A program made the position numbers and the translations under genes. The notes under the pieces are model-generated. The model was given only the letters and a program-made list of their open reading frames with translations, had not been told where the DNA came from and did no database searches. DNA of 64,000 bases from Eledone cirrhosa. Its lineage: Eukaryota. Each line of letters starts with the position of its first letter. Position 1 is the stretch's first letter. The stretch covers positions 43,400,001 through 43,464,000 of the forward strand of contig OZ024753.1 of assembly GCA_964016885.1 (NCBI GenBank), read 5' to 3'. Of this stretch, positions 52,653 through 64,000 are shown one piece after another.

Positions 52653-54104
52653 GTGTGTACTCACACAAAACATATATGTATATTGTGAGAAATAGATGTG
52701 AAGACTCTAGCTTTGATTAATCGAAACGACTCTGCTCTTTAACCTAATAATGTGTTAGAGTAGTTACATCGTCAACACAAGTTGCTACGATTAACGGAAA
52801 TTTCTACTTAGGTTCTATAATGTTGGTATTAAGTGTTAATTAAAGATCTTAAAGATCGGTTGACTTTTCTGAAGAGTTCAAAAGAAGAGCTCTATCTTTT
52901 ACCATAATTGGAACACTCATTTGGATCATGCCCAAGACTTTCTACTTTTATCTAGATAACAAAATATTTCAATTGATCTACGACTGAAGAAATTTACAAA
53001 TTTAAGGAAACTCTGTGTTCTCTAGTTTAGATGTTTCTCTCCTGTGTTTTAGTAAGTGGTTTTTGTTCTTTTTTGCTGTTATGAATTAAAAAAAAAAGAA
53101 TATGTGGGAGTGAACTACATAAAATGAACTCTACAAATGTGCACAAAACCCCTCTCCCCTCTTTTTATCTCTCTCTCTCTCTATATATATCTCTATATCT
53201 CTATATATAACTATATATATATACACACACACACATACACAAACACACACTTTCTCCCTATATATATATATATATATATATTTATAATATATACATACAC
53301 ACTCACTGTCTCTCTCTCCCTATATATATACATACACACACAAACACCCACCTACATATATATATATATATATCAGGGAAAACGGATGTTAAACGAGTGG
53401 TGTGTGTGTGTAAATATATATATATATTTACCAAAGTAATGCTTACATGAAAAATAAAATAAATTCAATAGTTTGTGAACGTTAAATCAGACTTAATTGA
53501 ACACTTCAAACACGGTTGTCTATGGGAAATCTTCAGCGGGTCAACAAAGTGCTCGCCTGTGGGCTTCTTTGAGAAGAAAAAAAAACTTGTTTTAAATGCT
53601 GGGTAAAAATCAAAAGAAAGTGACTACAAAACTAGAAAAACTGAAAAAAAAAACCTTAACTCTTCCAAAGAGAATGAAATGAATTTGGGAGGGAAAAAAA
53701 ATCGAATATTTTTATATATAAAAATTCGAATAACTTTGTTCCATAATAGTGAAAAACATCAGGAAGATTTTATTAAGCCGTTTGCACAACAGTTCACAAT
53801 TTAAACTAAGAAAAAAAAAAAATTAATGGAGAAAAAAGCCCCCTACACCCTTGCAAAAAAAATGTCTTTGATAAACCAATATTTAACATAGTAGTTCTTC
53901 TCTAAACCATGCCATCTCCCCCCCCCCCTGCCAACCAAAATGTTGTAAATATCATCGATATATAAAGAGTAAAATGTTTCATAGATCTCAAATATGATGC
54001 TTTATATATATATATATATGTGTATGTGAATATGCATGTGTGTGTGTGTGTATGTAAGTGAATGTGTGCGTGTGTATGTGAATATGTGTGTGTGCATGTG
54101 AATA

Positions 54105-54135
<31 letters not shown>

Positions 54136-54304
54136 GCATGTGTGGGCATGTTTATATATCTATGTATGTATGTGTGTGTATATATATATATATATATATA
54201 GGCATGTGTGTGTGCATGTTTAGAGATCTATATATGTGTGTATATCTCTGTGTATATATATGTGTGTGTGTGTGTGTATTATTGTATATGTGTGTGTGCA
54301 TGTA

Positions 54305-54348
<44 letters not shown>

Positions 54349-54564
54349 AAATATTCTTTTTTTCAAAGAATATTTAGGAATATTAGTACACCATCTAATG
54401 TTAGCCTGGAGATATAACTCATTTCAAATCCATGTTGAAATTGTTCAGTTTCATCTTTTGGAAATGGAATATGTAAATATTTATTTATTTACTTTTGATG
54501 TTATTAATATCATTATCATCATTATCATCATTATTATTATTATAGTAATAATATTATTATAATA

Positions 54565-54995
54565 ATAATAATTGTTTCTACTTTTGGCACAAGGCCAGCA
54601 AATAACCAGTACATTACTGGTACTTTATTTTATCGACCCCCGTAAGGATGAAAGACAAAGTCAACCTCGGCGGGATTTGAACTCAGACCATAAAGGGCCA
54701 TGACTCTGTGCTGCAAAGCATGGCGTCCGATCCTCTACTGATACTGTCAATAATAATAATTGTTTCTACTTTAGGCACAAGGCCAGCAATTACCCAGTGC
54801 ATTACTGGTACTTTATTTTATCGACCCTGTAAGGATGAAAGGCAAAGTTAACCTCGGCAGGATTTGAACTCAGAATGGTAGTTCAAATCCCGCCGAGATT
54901 AACTTTGCCTTTCATCCTTACGGGGTCGATAAAATAAAGTACCAGTAATGCACTGGGTAATTGCTGGCCTTGTGCCAAAAGTAGAAATTATTATT
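54565..54995. mobile_element. SINE family A cluster including an inverted pair (108-bp arms, 9-nt spacer)
   Basis: 54763-54870 is the reverse complement of 54880-54987 with about 4 mismatches. Confidence 0.9.
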
Positions 54996-55122
54996 ATTAT
55001 TATTATAGTGTTTTCTTATGTATGTGTTGCATCCTATTTCATATGCAGAGATGTTTGTTTTGTTGTTGTTCACCCATCCATATCAATAACTCAATAGAAC
55101 CTCGAGACTCACAAGTTAAAGA

Positions 55123-55147
55123 GCTGCTGCTGCTGTTACTGCTGCTG

Positions 55148-55205
<58 letters not shown>

Positions 55206-55810
55206 TCTTCAACAGATCATATTCCTAAGATATAACTTGGATCTATAACTATATTTTTCTGCCAATCCGTCTCCTCTTTTCCTGTTTTTTTCTGTTAAGA
55301 TCCTAAGCTGTGATATGAAGTTGTGCTGTGGCTGTTGTTTCTAGCGGGTTGAATGGCCTCATACAGGACCCCCTCTTTGTCTCATAGAATGGCAGCTTGT
55401 TAGTGAAATATATATTGGAACAGAATAAATCCTCCACCTCCACCTCCTCCTCATTATCATCTTCTTCCCCTCTACCTCCACCCCTTCCTTCCCCTCTTCC
55501 TCGTCCTTTCCTTACTCTTCCCCCTCGTCCTTTTCCTCCTCTTAGCTCCTCCTTCCACCCTCTTCCTCTCCTTCCTCGCCCTTCTCCTCACCCTCCTCGC
55601 TCTTCTCCTCACCCTCCTCGCCCTTCTCCTCACCCTCCTTGCCCTTGTCCTCACCCTCCTCGCCCTTGTCCTCACCCTCCTTCTCCTCACCCTTCTCGTC
55701 CTTCTCCTCACCCTCCTTCTCACCCTCGGCCTCTTCCTCACCCTTGCCCTCCTCGCACTTCTCCCCCCCACACCCCTCCCCCCTCCTCCCTCACTCTCCA
55801 CCCCCTCCTC
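55123..55810. repeat. (CTG)n tract and (CCT)-rich tract with 21-bp subrepeat
   Basis: Direct inspection; CCTCGCCCTTCTCCTCACCCT units. Confidence 0.9.
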
Positions 55811-56308
55811 ATGAGTGTGTTTTACTATTTTTGGCAATATCAGGACAACATGGCTCTCCCCAAATATAACAATATAAGTTAATCATACAAATACATTTAG
55901 AGCAGTGTTTCATTAAGGTCCAGTAACAGACCCCAGAGAGGTCTGTACTCTAGGGTAACTACCTAGTTAGCTTTAATGGTAACACCAACAGCCCTACCCT
56001 GGTTGAGTATCAAAAGGTTTTTAAACTCCATTTATTATGTTGTTCTTGTAAGCCTTCTTAAAGCTATATCATGATGAGATGGAAACCTTATAACAACTGA
56101 TACCATTGTAAAGCTTATATTGGCTGTCATCTCGGATTACGTAAGAAGGACACTCATATATTTGTAATTTATCAAAGTGACGGACACTTCTGAAAGTCAG
56201 TCACTTTCTTAAAAATTAGTCTGTCTCGATTCTAATTTCCTTTTGACTTTTTGTTTTGTTTTGTTTTGTTTTGTTTTAGTTTGGTTTTCCTGTCTTCATT
56301 TTGTGTAG

Positions 56309-56343
56309 CACTTCATGTCACTTCTATTTGGGCAGAGAAGTAG
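56309..56343 (+). other. Candidate 35-nt exon
   Basis: Long T-rich tract ending CATTTTGTGTAG, then 35 nt, then TAG|GTAAGT. Confidence 0.35.
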
Positions 56344-57128
56344 GTAAGTGAAAGATAAGGGAAATAGGAAAGCCAGGGAGAGGGGTAGGGAGAGGTTGAT
56401 GTTGATGATGATGTTGCTGCAGATGTAAAACAAAAGTTGTGTCTGATAGATTTGAAGAGTTAAGAGGGCACTTATGGATAAAATCTGTTCAAAATCTGTT
56501 CAGTATCGCAGCTAATGGCGTTGGCGTGGCTTTTTTGAGAGAAAGGACAAAAGAATTAGCAAATAAAACAACACACACATACACACATATGTGTATATAT
56601 ATATATATGTATGTGTGTATATGGATGTATATCTATAAATATATGCTTTTATATAAGTATGTATGTATATATGAATATATATATATAGAAGGTACATTGT
56701 GTAAAGTAGCTGATAGACTTGAAATGATGATAAAAATAAACCTAAAAACAGTTTATCTTCTTCTCCGAGTAAGAAGTTTCTATGATGCCTTCATGAAATG
56801 TTATAGGAAACTGTTAAAAAGGGTGATGACATGAAGAGTATTTTGCAAAGCTAATCCAATTTATGTATTTGAGGCTAAAACAGCCACGTCTTTTGTTGAA
56901 AATAACAAAAGTAAATCTATCATTTTCTTGTAAATATTGGAATCTTTCATTTTGTTTTCTTTATCTTCTTCTTGTCTTTATGTCTTTCTCAATCATTCCA
57001 TCTCATGTCCAAGACCCAACTGTTGCCTTTCTATTGATGGTGACATTGGACATTGTTTTACGTCTGATCAACTTCATCATTATGTTGTGATAAAACTATT
57101 ACTACTGCTACTACTTCTACTAAATTCA

Positions 57129-57445
57129 TCTATTTCTTTGTGGTGACATGATAAAACCTTTTCCATCTCACACGATCTGACATTAACTGCCTCAGTTCTT
57201 CACCAGATAGTTCTATATCTTTGTGGTGACATGATAAAACCTTTTCCATCTCACACGATCTGACATTAACTGCCTCAGTCCTTCACCAGATAGTTCTATA
57301 TCTTTGTGGTGACATGATAAAACCTTTTCCATCTCACACGATCTGACATTAACTGCCTCAGTCCTTCACCAGATAGTTCTATATCTTTGTGGTGACATGA
57401 TAAAACCTTTTCCATCTCACACGATCTGACATTAACTACCTCAGT
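57129..57445 (-). repeat. 83-bp tandem repeat (3.7 units) derived from a LINE 3' end
   Basis: TTGTGGTGAC at 57138, 57221, 57304 and 57387; minus peptide DIELSGEGLRQLMSDRVRWKRF; (AGT)n tail at 57097-57123. Confidence 0.8.
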
Positions 57446-58154
57446 TTTTTTTTTATCGACCTTGAATGGATGAAAGGCAAAGTTCATCTCGACGAAATTT
57501 GAACTAAGATAGCCAAGACCTGAAAGAAATACCACAAATCATTCTATCGAAAGTTCTAACAAATCTGCCTCTATGTTAGTTACAAAACCTCTATACATAC
57601 AATGTCTCAATACTTTTAATAGCATCTATTATTTTACTTTCACTTTCAGTTTTGAATTGTATTGTATTAGTCAGACAAGAGATGTTACACATTCCTCACA
57701 ATATCATCACATCTAAAAACATAAAAAAATAACCAAACCAAAAACATAAATAAATAAATAGACATTAATGTTGAATAAAAGATACCTTAATTAAACGGAA
57801 AATTATAGATTTCAAATGTATTAATGAAAAATTTCAACCATTTTGAGTAGAAGAATTTGTCTGGTTGGAATAAATACAGTTTTGACTATTAGCATTTCAG
57901 TCTTGTGAGATAACTGAGATTACTTATAGTAGTTGTTTTGGCTTGTTTTTTTGTCTTTTGTCTTTACAAATAAAAGAATGGAGCTAAACAATGCAGGAGA
58001 GAGAGAGATAACTTTTTATTTTTTTTTTATTTTAATCTAATTTTATTTATTACTATTATTATTATTTTTTTTTTTTTTTTTTTTGTTATATATATATATA
58101 TTTTTTTTTCAATTATTCAAAACATCTTATCTGCTGACATAAAATAGGATAATC

Positions 58155-58880
58155 AACACCATCATCAATATCATCATCATCATCATCATCATCAACACAT
58201 TGCTATGACCATTAGCAATATAATTAATGCAGCACCATTATCACCAGCAGCAGCAGCATCACCATTATCCTTACTATCATCATCATCTTCATCATCATCA
58301 TCGCCATCATCAGCATCATTACCATCAACATCACCATTATCATCACCATCAACATTGCATTCATCATCATCATCATCTCCACTATCATTACCATCATCAC
58401 CATCATCATCATCTCCACTATCATTATCATCATCATCACCATCATCTCCACTATCATCATCATCATCATCATCACTATCATCACCATCTCCACTATCATT
58501 ACCATCATCATCACCATCATCTCCACTATCATTACCATCATCATCATCATCATCATCATCTCCACCATCATCATCATCATCATCATCATCATCTCCACTA
58601 TCATCATCATCATCATCATCATCATCATCTCCACTATCATCATCATCATCATCATCACCATCATCTCCACTATCATTACCATCATCATCATCATCATCAT
58701 CTCCACCATCATCATCATCATCTCCACCATCATCATCATCATCTCCACTATCATTACCATCATCATCATCACCATCTCCACTATCATCATCATCATCTCC
58801 ACTATCATTACCATCATCATCATCATCACCATCACCATCTCCACTATCATTACCATCATCATCATCATCATCATCATCAA
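58155..58880. repeat. (CAT)n tract with recurring CTCCACTATCATTAC interruptions
   Basis: Direct inspection. Confidence 0.95.
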
Positions 58881-59130
58881 CATGTTTCAATGTATATTCT
58901 TTCGTGATGGATTTAATAGATCTTTCCATTGATAATTTCCTTTTTATTCCATGTCTGCAGGTAAGTGATGGAGACTACTGAAGTGATGGAGACTACAGAA
59001 ATAATACATTATTGCTATCTCATAATCATTTTTAACTATTCTACAGTTTTAAAAAGTGTCAAGGTTTTTTTGTTTGACTTTTATTAGTATTATTTTTCAA
59101 GTCTAATACAGTGAGAAATGTATCAAGATC

Positions 59131-59480
59131 AATTGTGGAGTTGATGTGAGGCAGCTCAACTTTGAGCTCAGCTTCAGACTTGAACCCCACAACATTATTA
59201 GTTAAAATGTTTATGTCTGAAGCTGAGCTCAAACTTGAGCTGCCTCACAGGAACCCCACAACATTAGTAGTTAAGATGTTTATGTGAGGCAGCTCAAGTT
59301 TGAGCTCAGCTTCAGACTTAAATATTTTAACTACTGATATTGTGAGGTTCATGTGAGACAGCTCAAGTTTGAACTCAACTTCAGACTTAAACATTTTAAC
59401 TACTGATATTGTGAGGTTCATGTGAGATAGCCAGAGTCTGAAACTCGGCTTCAGAATCAAACATTTTAATTACTAACATA
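59131..59480. repeat. 69-bp tandem repeat (~5 units) containing an ~100-bp internal inversion
   Basis: TGTGAG.CAGCTCAAGTTTGA units at 59283, 59352 and 59421; 59181-59282 is inverted. Confidence 0.8.
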
Positions 59481-60359
59481 ATTTCTTACTATATTAATAC
59501 AAGGTACAACTAACAAGCATTTAAAAGGTTATTTACCCTGTTAAAGCAGAGGTTAGTCTTGTGGGTCTAAATCTGGTCCTACATGCAGGGGTATTATGTA
59601 CCTTTTCCATACGAAATACACAGCAGCTATAAATATATAATAAATAATTCTAACATCAGCACATGACTGCATATATGCTGTGGAAGTATAAAAGAAATTT
59701 GGATTAATCTTGCTATATGACTTGAAGGGGAGAACTTATTGAAATGGAACTAAATACTCTACCAACAGCAACAACAAACAAGTGTTTTAAAACAATTCCC
59801 CTCCTCCAGATAATGTACAGTTAACCTTGAGAACTCCATGACAATTCTTCTCCACTGCCATGCTCCCCATCATCTGCACCCTTCCTCCTCAAATATCTGC
59901 ACCCTTCCTACTCAAATATCTGGCTTTTCATATTCTCTTCCATCATTTTTAGCCAAGTATGTTATTATTATTTTTTTTTTTTTTTTTTTTTGTTTTCCCT
60001 TCCTCTACTTCCTTCCATATTAATTTCCATCACTGGTTCTATTCGGCTCCATCCGCTGCAATTCATTGTGTTCTTTTATTTCTTCTAAATACCATTCTTT
60101 AACCTTTCTTTCAAATGCTGCGTATTTTAGGTTAGAAATTATGGAGAAGCCATTGTTATATTTTCCCTCAGTATTTTTCTAATAACTGCTGCTAGTACTA
60201 CACAGAATAACATAGTATATAGCCAATAATAGCTATGTACTATAGAGTGATAGTATGGTCTACTATAGAGACTGGTATCATTTCTCACTGTAGTATAGAG
60301 TAGAAAAGTTGTACAAGTTAGTTTAGGAAACTGTTATCTCTGAAACCAATAAACTTTTA

Positions 60360-60470
60360 TATGAGGGTCAGTTGAAAACTTCTTTGGCTGACCGAGATAC
60401 TCTCATGGAATGATCATATGAGGTTTATCTTTCAATATAGTCCCCGGAAAGAAACAATGCAGTTGTTAAT
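60360..60470. mobile_element. Partial mariner-type MITE
   Basis: TATGAGGGTCAGTTGAAAACTTCTTTGGCTGACC..TACTCTCATGGAATGA is the reverse complement of part of 47643-47842. Confidence 0.6.
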
Positions 60471-60682
60471 TGACTCATCCAGCAATAGGCTCATCTACCA
60501 ATAGGCTCGTCCAGCAATAGGCTCGTCTACCAATAGGCTCGTCCAGCAATAGGCTTATTCAAAAGACACATTCAACCCATGCCGTCATGGTAAAAAGAGA
60601 TCATTTAAAACAGTCATGATGATGATTGGGACTCCATGGAATTATTTGTAAAACAAACACACACACACACACATATATATAT

Positions 60683-61005
60683 ACATGGCTTAGTGGTTAG
60701 AGCATTGGCCTTGCAATCGAAAGGTTGTGAGTTCAATTCTCAGACCGGGTGATGTGTTGTTTCCTTGAGCAAGACACTTTATTTCACATTGCTCCAGTTT
60801 ACTCAGCTGTAGAAATGAGATGATAGAACTGGGGTCCCTATCATTCCACTGCAAAGTTGTCGTGGAGGTGCCACGGCAAAAAAGCACCCAGCACTCACTG
60901 TAAATGAAGTTGGTGTTAGGAAGGGCATCCAGCTGTAGAAATCAAGCCAGAATCAGTTCCCGTCCCACCCTTGCAAGCAGGGAAAAGCAGACGTAAAATG
61001 ATGAT
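60683..61005 (+). mobile_element. Full-length tRNA-head SINE family B, tail type 1
   Basis: TGGCTTAGTGG A-box, GAGTTCAATTC B-box, core, and 3' end CCCGTCCCACCCTTGCAAGCAGGGAAAAG..GTAAAATGATGATG. Confidence 0.88.
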
Positions 61006-61297
61006 GTATATATATATATATAACTGACATTATAATTTGATAGAATTATGTAAATTTCCCTCTAACTCTGAAAACAGAATAAGAAAATCCAATTATTTGT
61101 AAAATGTAGAGAAAAAAATATTGTATCCATGCTTAAAGTATAGTTAAGGTTGTGATAGAACCAGTTTGAGACAAGAAAAGACTTTATCTTAAAAAGTGTA
61201 AGAAAATGTTTGACTGAAATATTTGAATATAAATATATGTGTATATATATATGTGTATATATATTTATATATATGTGTGTATATATATATGTGTGTG

Positions 61298-61330
<33 letters not shown>

Positions 61331-61475
61331 GTGTGTGTATATATATATATATGTGTATATATATATATATGTGTGTGTGTGTATATATATATTTATGTGT
61401 ATATATATATATGTGTGTATAAAATATTCCGTTTATCTTTCACCATATGTGTGTATATATATATATGTATATATG

Positions 61476-61510
<35 letters not shown>

Positions 61511-61613
61511 GTACGTATATATGTATATATATATATGTATGTATGTATATATATATATGTATATATATATGTATATGTATGTATATATATATATATGTAT
61601 ATATATATATGTA

Positions 61614-61750
61614 CGTTATTCCGGGTTGAATCGGAGGTAACCACAGTAAGTAAGGTACTCAATACATAGCAGAGTATAACAGTTTTAATATAGAAGAGAT
61701 TCTACAGGACTAGAACTGTTTCATTCATTAGAAATCATCAGGAATCATAC
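61614..61750 (-). mobile_element. Family C element inside (TA)n
   Basis: AATCGGAGGTAACCACAGTAAGTAAGGTACTCAATAC shared with 1701-1737. Confidence 0.8.
61698..61746 (-). ncRNA. Type I hammerhead ribozyme with intact catalytic core
   Basis: Minus strand GATTC-CTGATGA-T-TTC(TAAT)GAA-T-GAAACAG(TTCTAGTC)CTGTA-GAATC; GUA triplet. Confidence 0.75.
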
Positions 61751-61773
61751 ATATATACATACATATATATATG

Positions 61774-61813
<40 letters not shown>

Positions 61814-61850
61814 TATGTATGTATACATATATGTATGTATGTATGTATGT

Positions 61851-61891
<41 letters not shown>

Positions 61892-62062
61892 TATATATAT
61901 GTATGTATATATATATGTATGTATATATATATGTATGTATATATATATATATATATATGTGTGTATATATGTGTATATATATATATATGTATGTATATAT
62001 ATATATATGTGTATGTATATATGTATATATGTATCTATGTATATATATATATGTATGTATGT

Positions 62063-62096
<34 letters not shown>

Positions 62097-62100
62097 GTGT

Positions 62101-62176
<76 letters not shown>

Positions 62177-62181
62177 ATATG

Positions 62182-62220
<39 letters not shown>

Positions 62221-62916
62221 GTATATGTATATATATGTATGTATATATATGTATATATATGTATATGTATATATATGTATATATATATATGTATATGTAT
62301 ATATATGTATGTATATATATGTATATATATGTATATGTATATATATGTATATATATATATGTATGTATATATATATATATGTATGTATGTATATATATAT
62401 ATGTATGTATATATATATATATGTATGTATGTATATATATATATATATGTATGTATATATATATCTATATGTATATATATTTACATATGTATGTATGAAT
62501 ATTTATGTGTGTGTGTGTAGAGGGGGCATGCGTGTAAGTTTTATCACTATCACAGTAGGGAACATAGTGTGATAAAAATATAAAGAAATCAAAATTAACT
62601 TCAGCTGCTAAATATTTTATCAGCCTGGAATTTATCACACATACTATTTGAAATTCAAAGCTATCAAAGAATTTCTCCAGGAAAAATCCCCAAATCACTA
62701 AAAATGTGATGAAAAATCTTGTTTTTCTTGAAGATTTTATGAAAAAAAATAAAAGCCGAAGTAAGTAGATAAATAGTGTTTTATCTCCCTAAAATATCTC
62801 TTTGCTATTATGAAGTTAACTAATCTGAACAGCTAACTCTTTGCTGAGAAAACACGACAATAAAACGTGTGGGACTAACTCTGATACAAGCCAGGAACTG
62901 TTCACATCCTCCACAG

Positions 62917-63261
62917 CAGTGCTACTCAAAGTGGTGGTCCATGGACCGGGACCGGTGCCGGTACACGAGCCATCAGCTACCGGTACGCAGCCAGTGTCCA
63001 GGCCATGCTAAGGAATCATTTGAGGAATGTTTTATTACTTTTTTATGTTTTGATATTGCATTACAAAATAAATAGATGTATTACAAAATAAATAGATGTA
63101 TTACAAAATAAATAGAAGATAAAAAAAATGGTCAACTATTATTATATTCATTATATATATCGTTTCCGGTATAAATTAATATTACTACGAAATATTAGCG
63201 GTACGTGGCACATTGAATAAAAAATGCCTGTCCGCCACATCAGATAGTTTGAGAAGCACTG
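62917..63261. mobile_element. hAT (Charlie-like) MITE, 345 bp
   Basis: TIRs CAGTGCTACTCAAAGT and AGTTTGAGAAGCACTG; degenerate 8-bp TSD CTCCACAG/ACCTACAG. Confidence 0.75.
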
Positions 63262-63348
63262 ACCTACAGCATGAGCCACATTAGTAAGACTTTCTTGTAA
63301 AGTACAAATAGTACTATGACTCTATTACATCTTATGTCTTTACTCTAA

Positions 63349-63902
63349 CAATGGTTTCTTATATAGGCACAAGGCCAGCAATTTTGGTGAGGCGAAAAAT
63401 CGATTAAATTGACCCAGTCCATTACTGGTACTTCATTTTTTCAACCCTGTAAGGATGAAAGACACAGCTAACCATGGCAGGATTTGAACTCAGAACACAA
63501 AGGCCCATGTCTGATGCTCTACTGATTCTGCCAATCCACTGCCCTAACTAATAATTGTTTCCACTTTTGGCACAAGGCCAGCAATTACTCCAGTGCATTA
63601 CTGGTACTTTATTTTAGGATAAAAGACACAGCTAACTTTGGCGGGATTTGAACTCAGAACATAAAGGGCTGTAACTCAATGCTTGTGAAGCAGAGTGTCT
63701 GATGCTCGACTGATTTTGCCAATTTACTGCCCTTTTCTCTAATAATTGTTTCTACTTTAGGCACAAGGCCAGCAATTACCCAGTGCATTACTGGTACTTT
63801 ATTTTATCGACCTCGGAGGGATTTGAACTCAGATCGTAAAGGGACATAACAATGCTGGAAAGCATGGCGTCCGACCCTCTACCGATACTCCCAATCCACT
63901 CT
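63349..63902 (-). mobile_element. Three head-to-tail SINE family A copies
   Basis: GGCACAAGGCCAGCAATT near 63366, 63569 and 63760. Confidence 0.85.
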
Positions 63903-63948
63903 AATTTAGGCAGAATGTGGCAAGTTTGTCAGGTGAGGGCTAAGTTGA

Positions 63949-64000
63949 TTAACCCTTTACCATTTACTATATTTACTATTGTATTTTCACAGTAAACACT
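63949..64000. mobile_element. Left end of a TTAA-type MITE (relative of 22970-23695), runs off the window
   Basis: TTAACCCTTTACCATTTAC..TTTACTATTGTATTTTCACAGTAAA. Confidence 0.6.

Larger units (their letters stand above)
61230..62520. repeat. Long (TA)n/(TATG)n/(TG)n microsatellite
   Basis: Direct inspection; interrupted by the family C element. Confidence 0.95.

Noticed and set aside
56315-56343. MSLLFGQRS resembles the N-terminus of MOB1-type proteins
   Set aside because: Nine residues only, and no downstream KTFKPKK-like exon in the window.
15933-59480. Three separate arrays all have 69-bp units
   Set aside because: No sequence similarity among them; treated as coincidence.
60683-60760. 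tRNA gene
   Set aside because: A and B boxes are present but there is no convincing acceptor stem, and it continues into a repeated SINE body.

Overview
AT-rich, microsatellite-dense eukaryotic (animal) intronic/intergenic DNA. The repeat inventory resembles what I recall of octopus genomes (inference, not verified). No confidently identifiable host protein-coding gene; almost all ORFs in the track are translations of microsatellites or tandem repeats. Contents: (1) two tRNA-head SINE families, often in head-to-tail arrays; (2) 3' fragments of several RTE-clade LINEs; (3) Tc1/mariner-, hAT- and TTAA-type MITEs; (4) a 24 x 112-bp array that expanded inside an RTE LINE 3' UTR (18520-21214) and an ~8.4-kb, ~120 x 69-bp array with higher-order duplications and a stop-free frame (27095-35536); (5) most notably, at least five sequence-unrelated families of short (150-330 bp) non-coding elements sitting in (TA)n tracts, each folding as a type I hammerhead ribozyme of the Penelope-like-element kind. 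Three of these families share an unusual U.U closure of stem II, one has a fixed CAGAAGA core, one shows stem I covariation, and several occur as inverted (hairpin) dimers. A few plus-strand splice-site pairs and a candidate recursive splice site suggest the window lies inside a long-intron gene, but this is low confidence.
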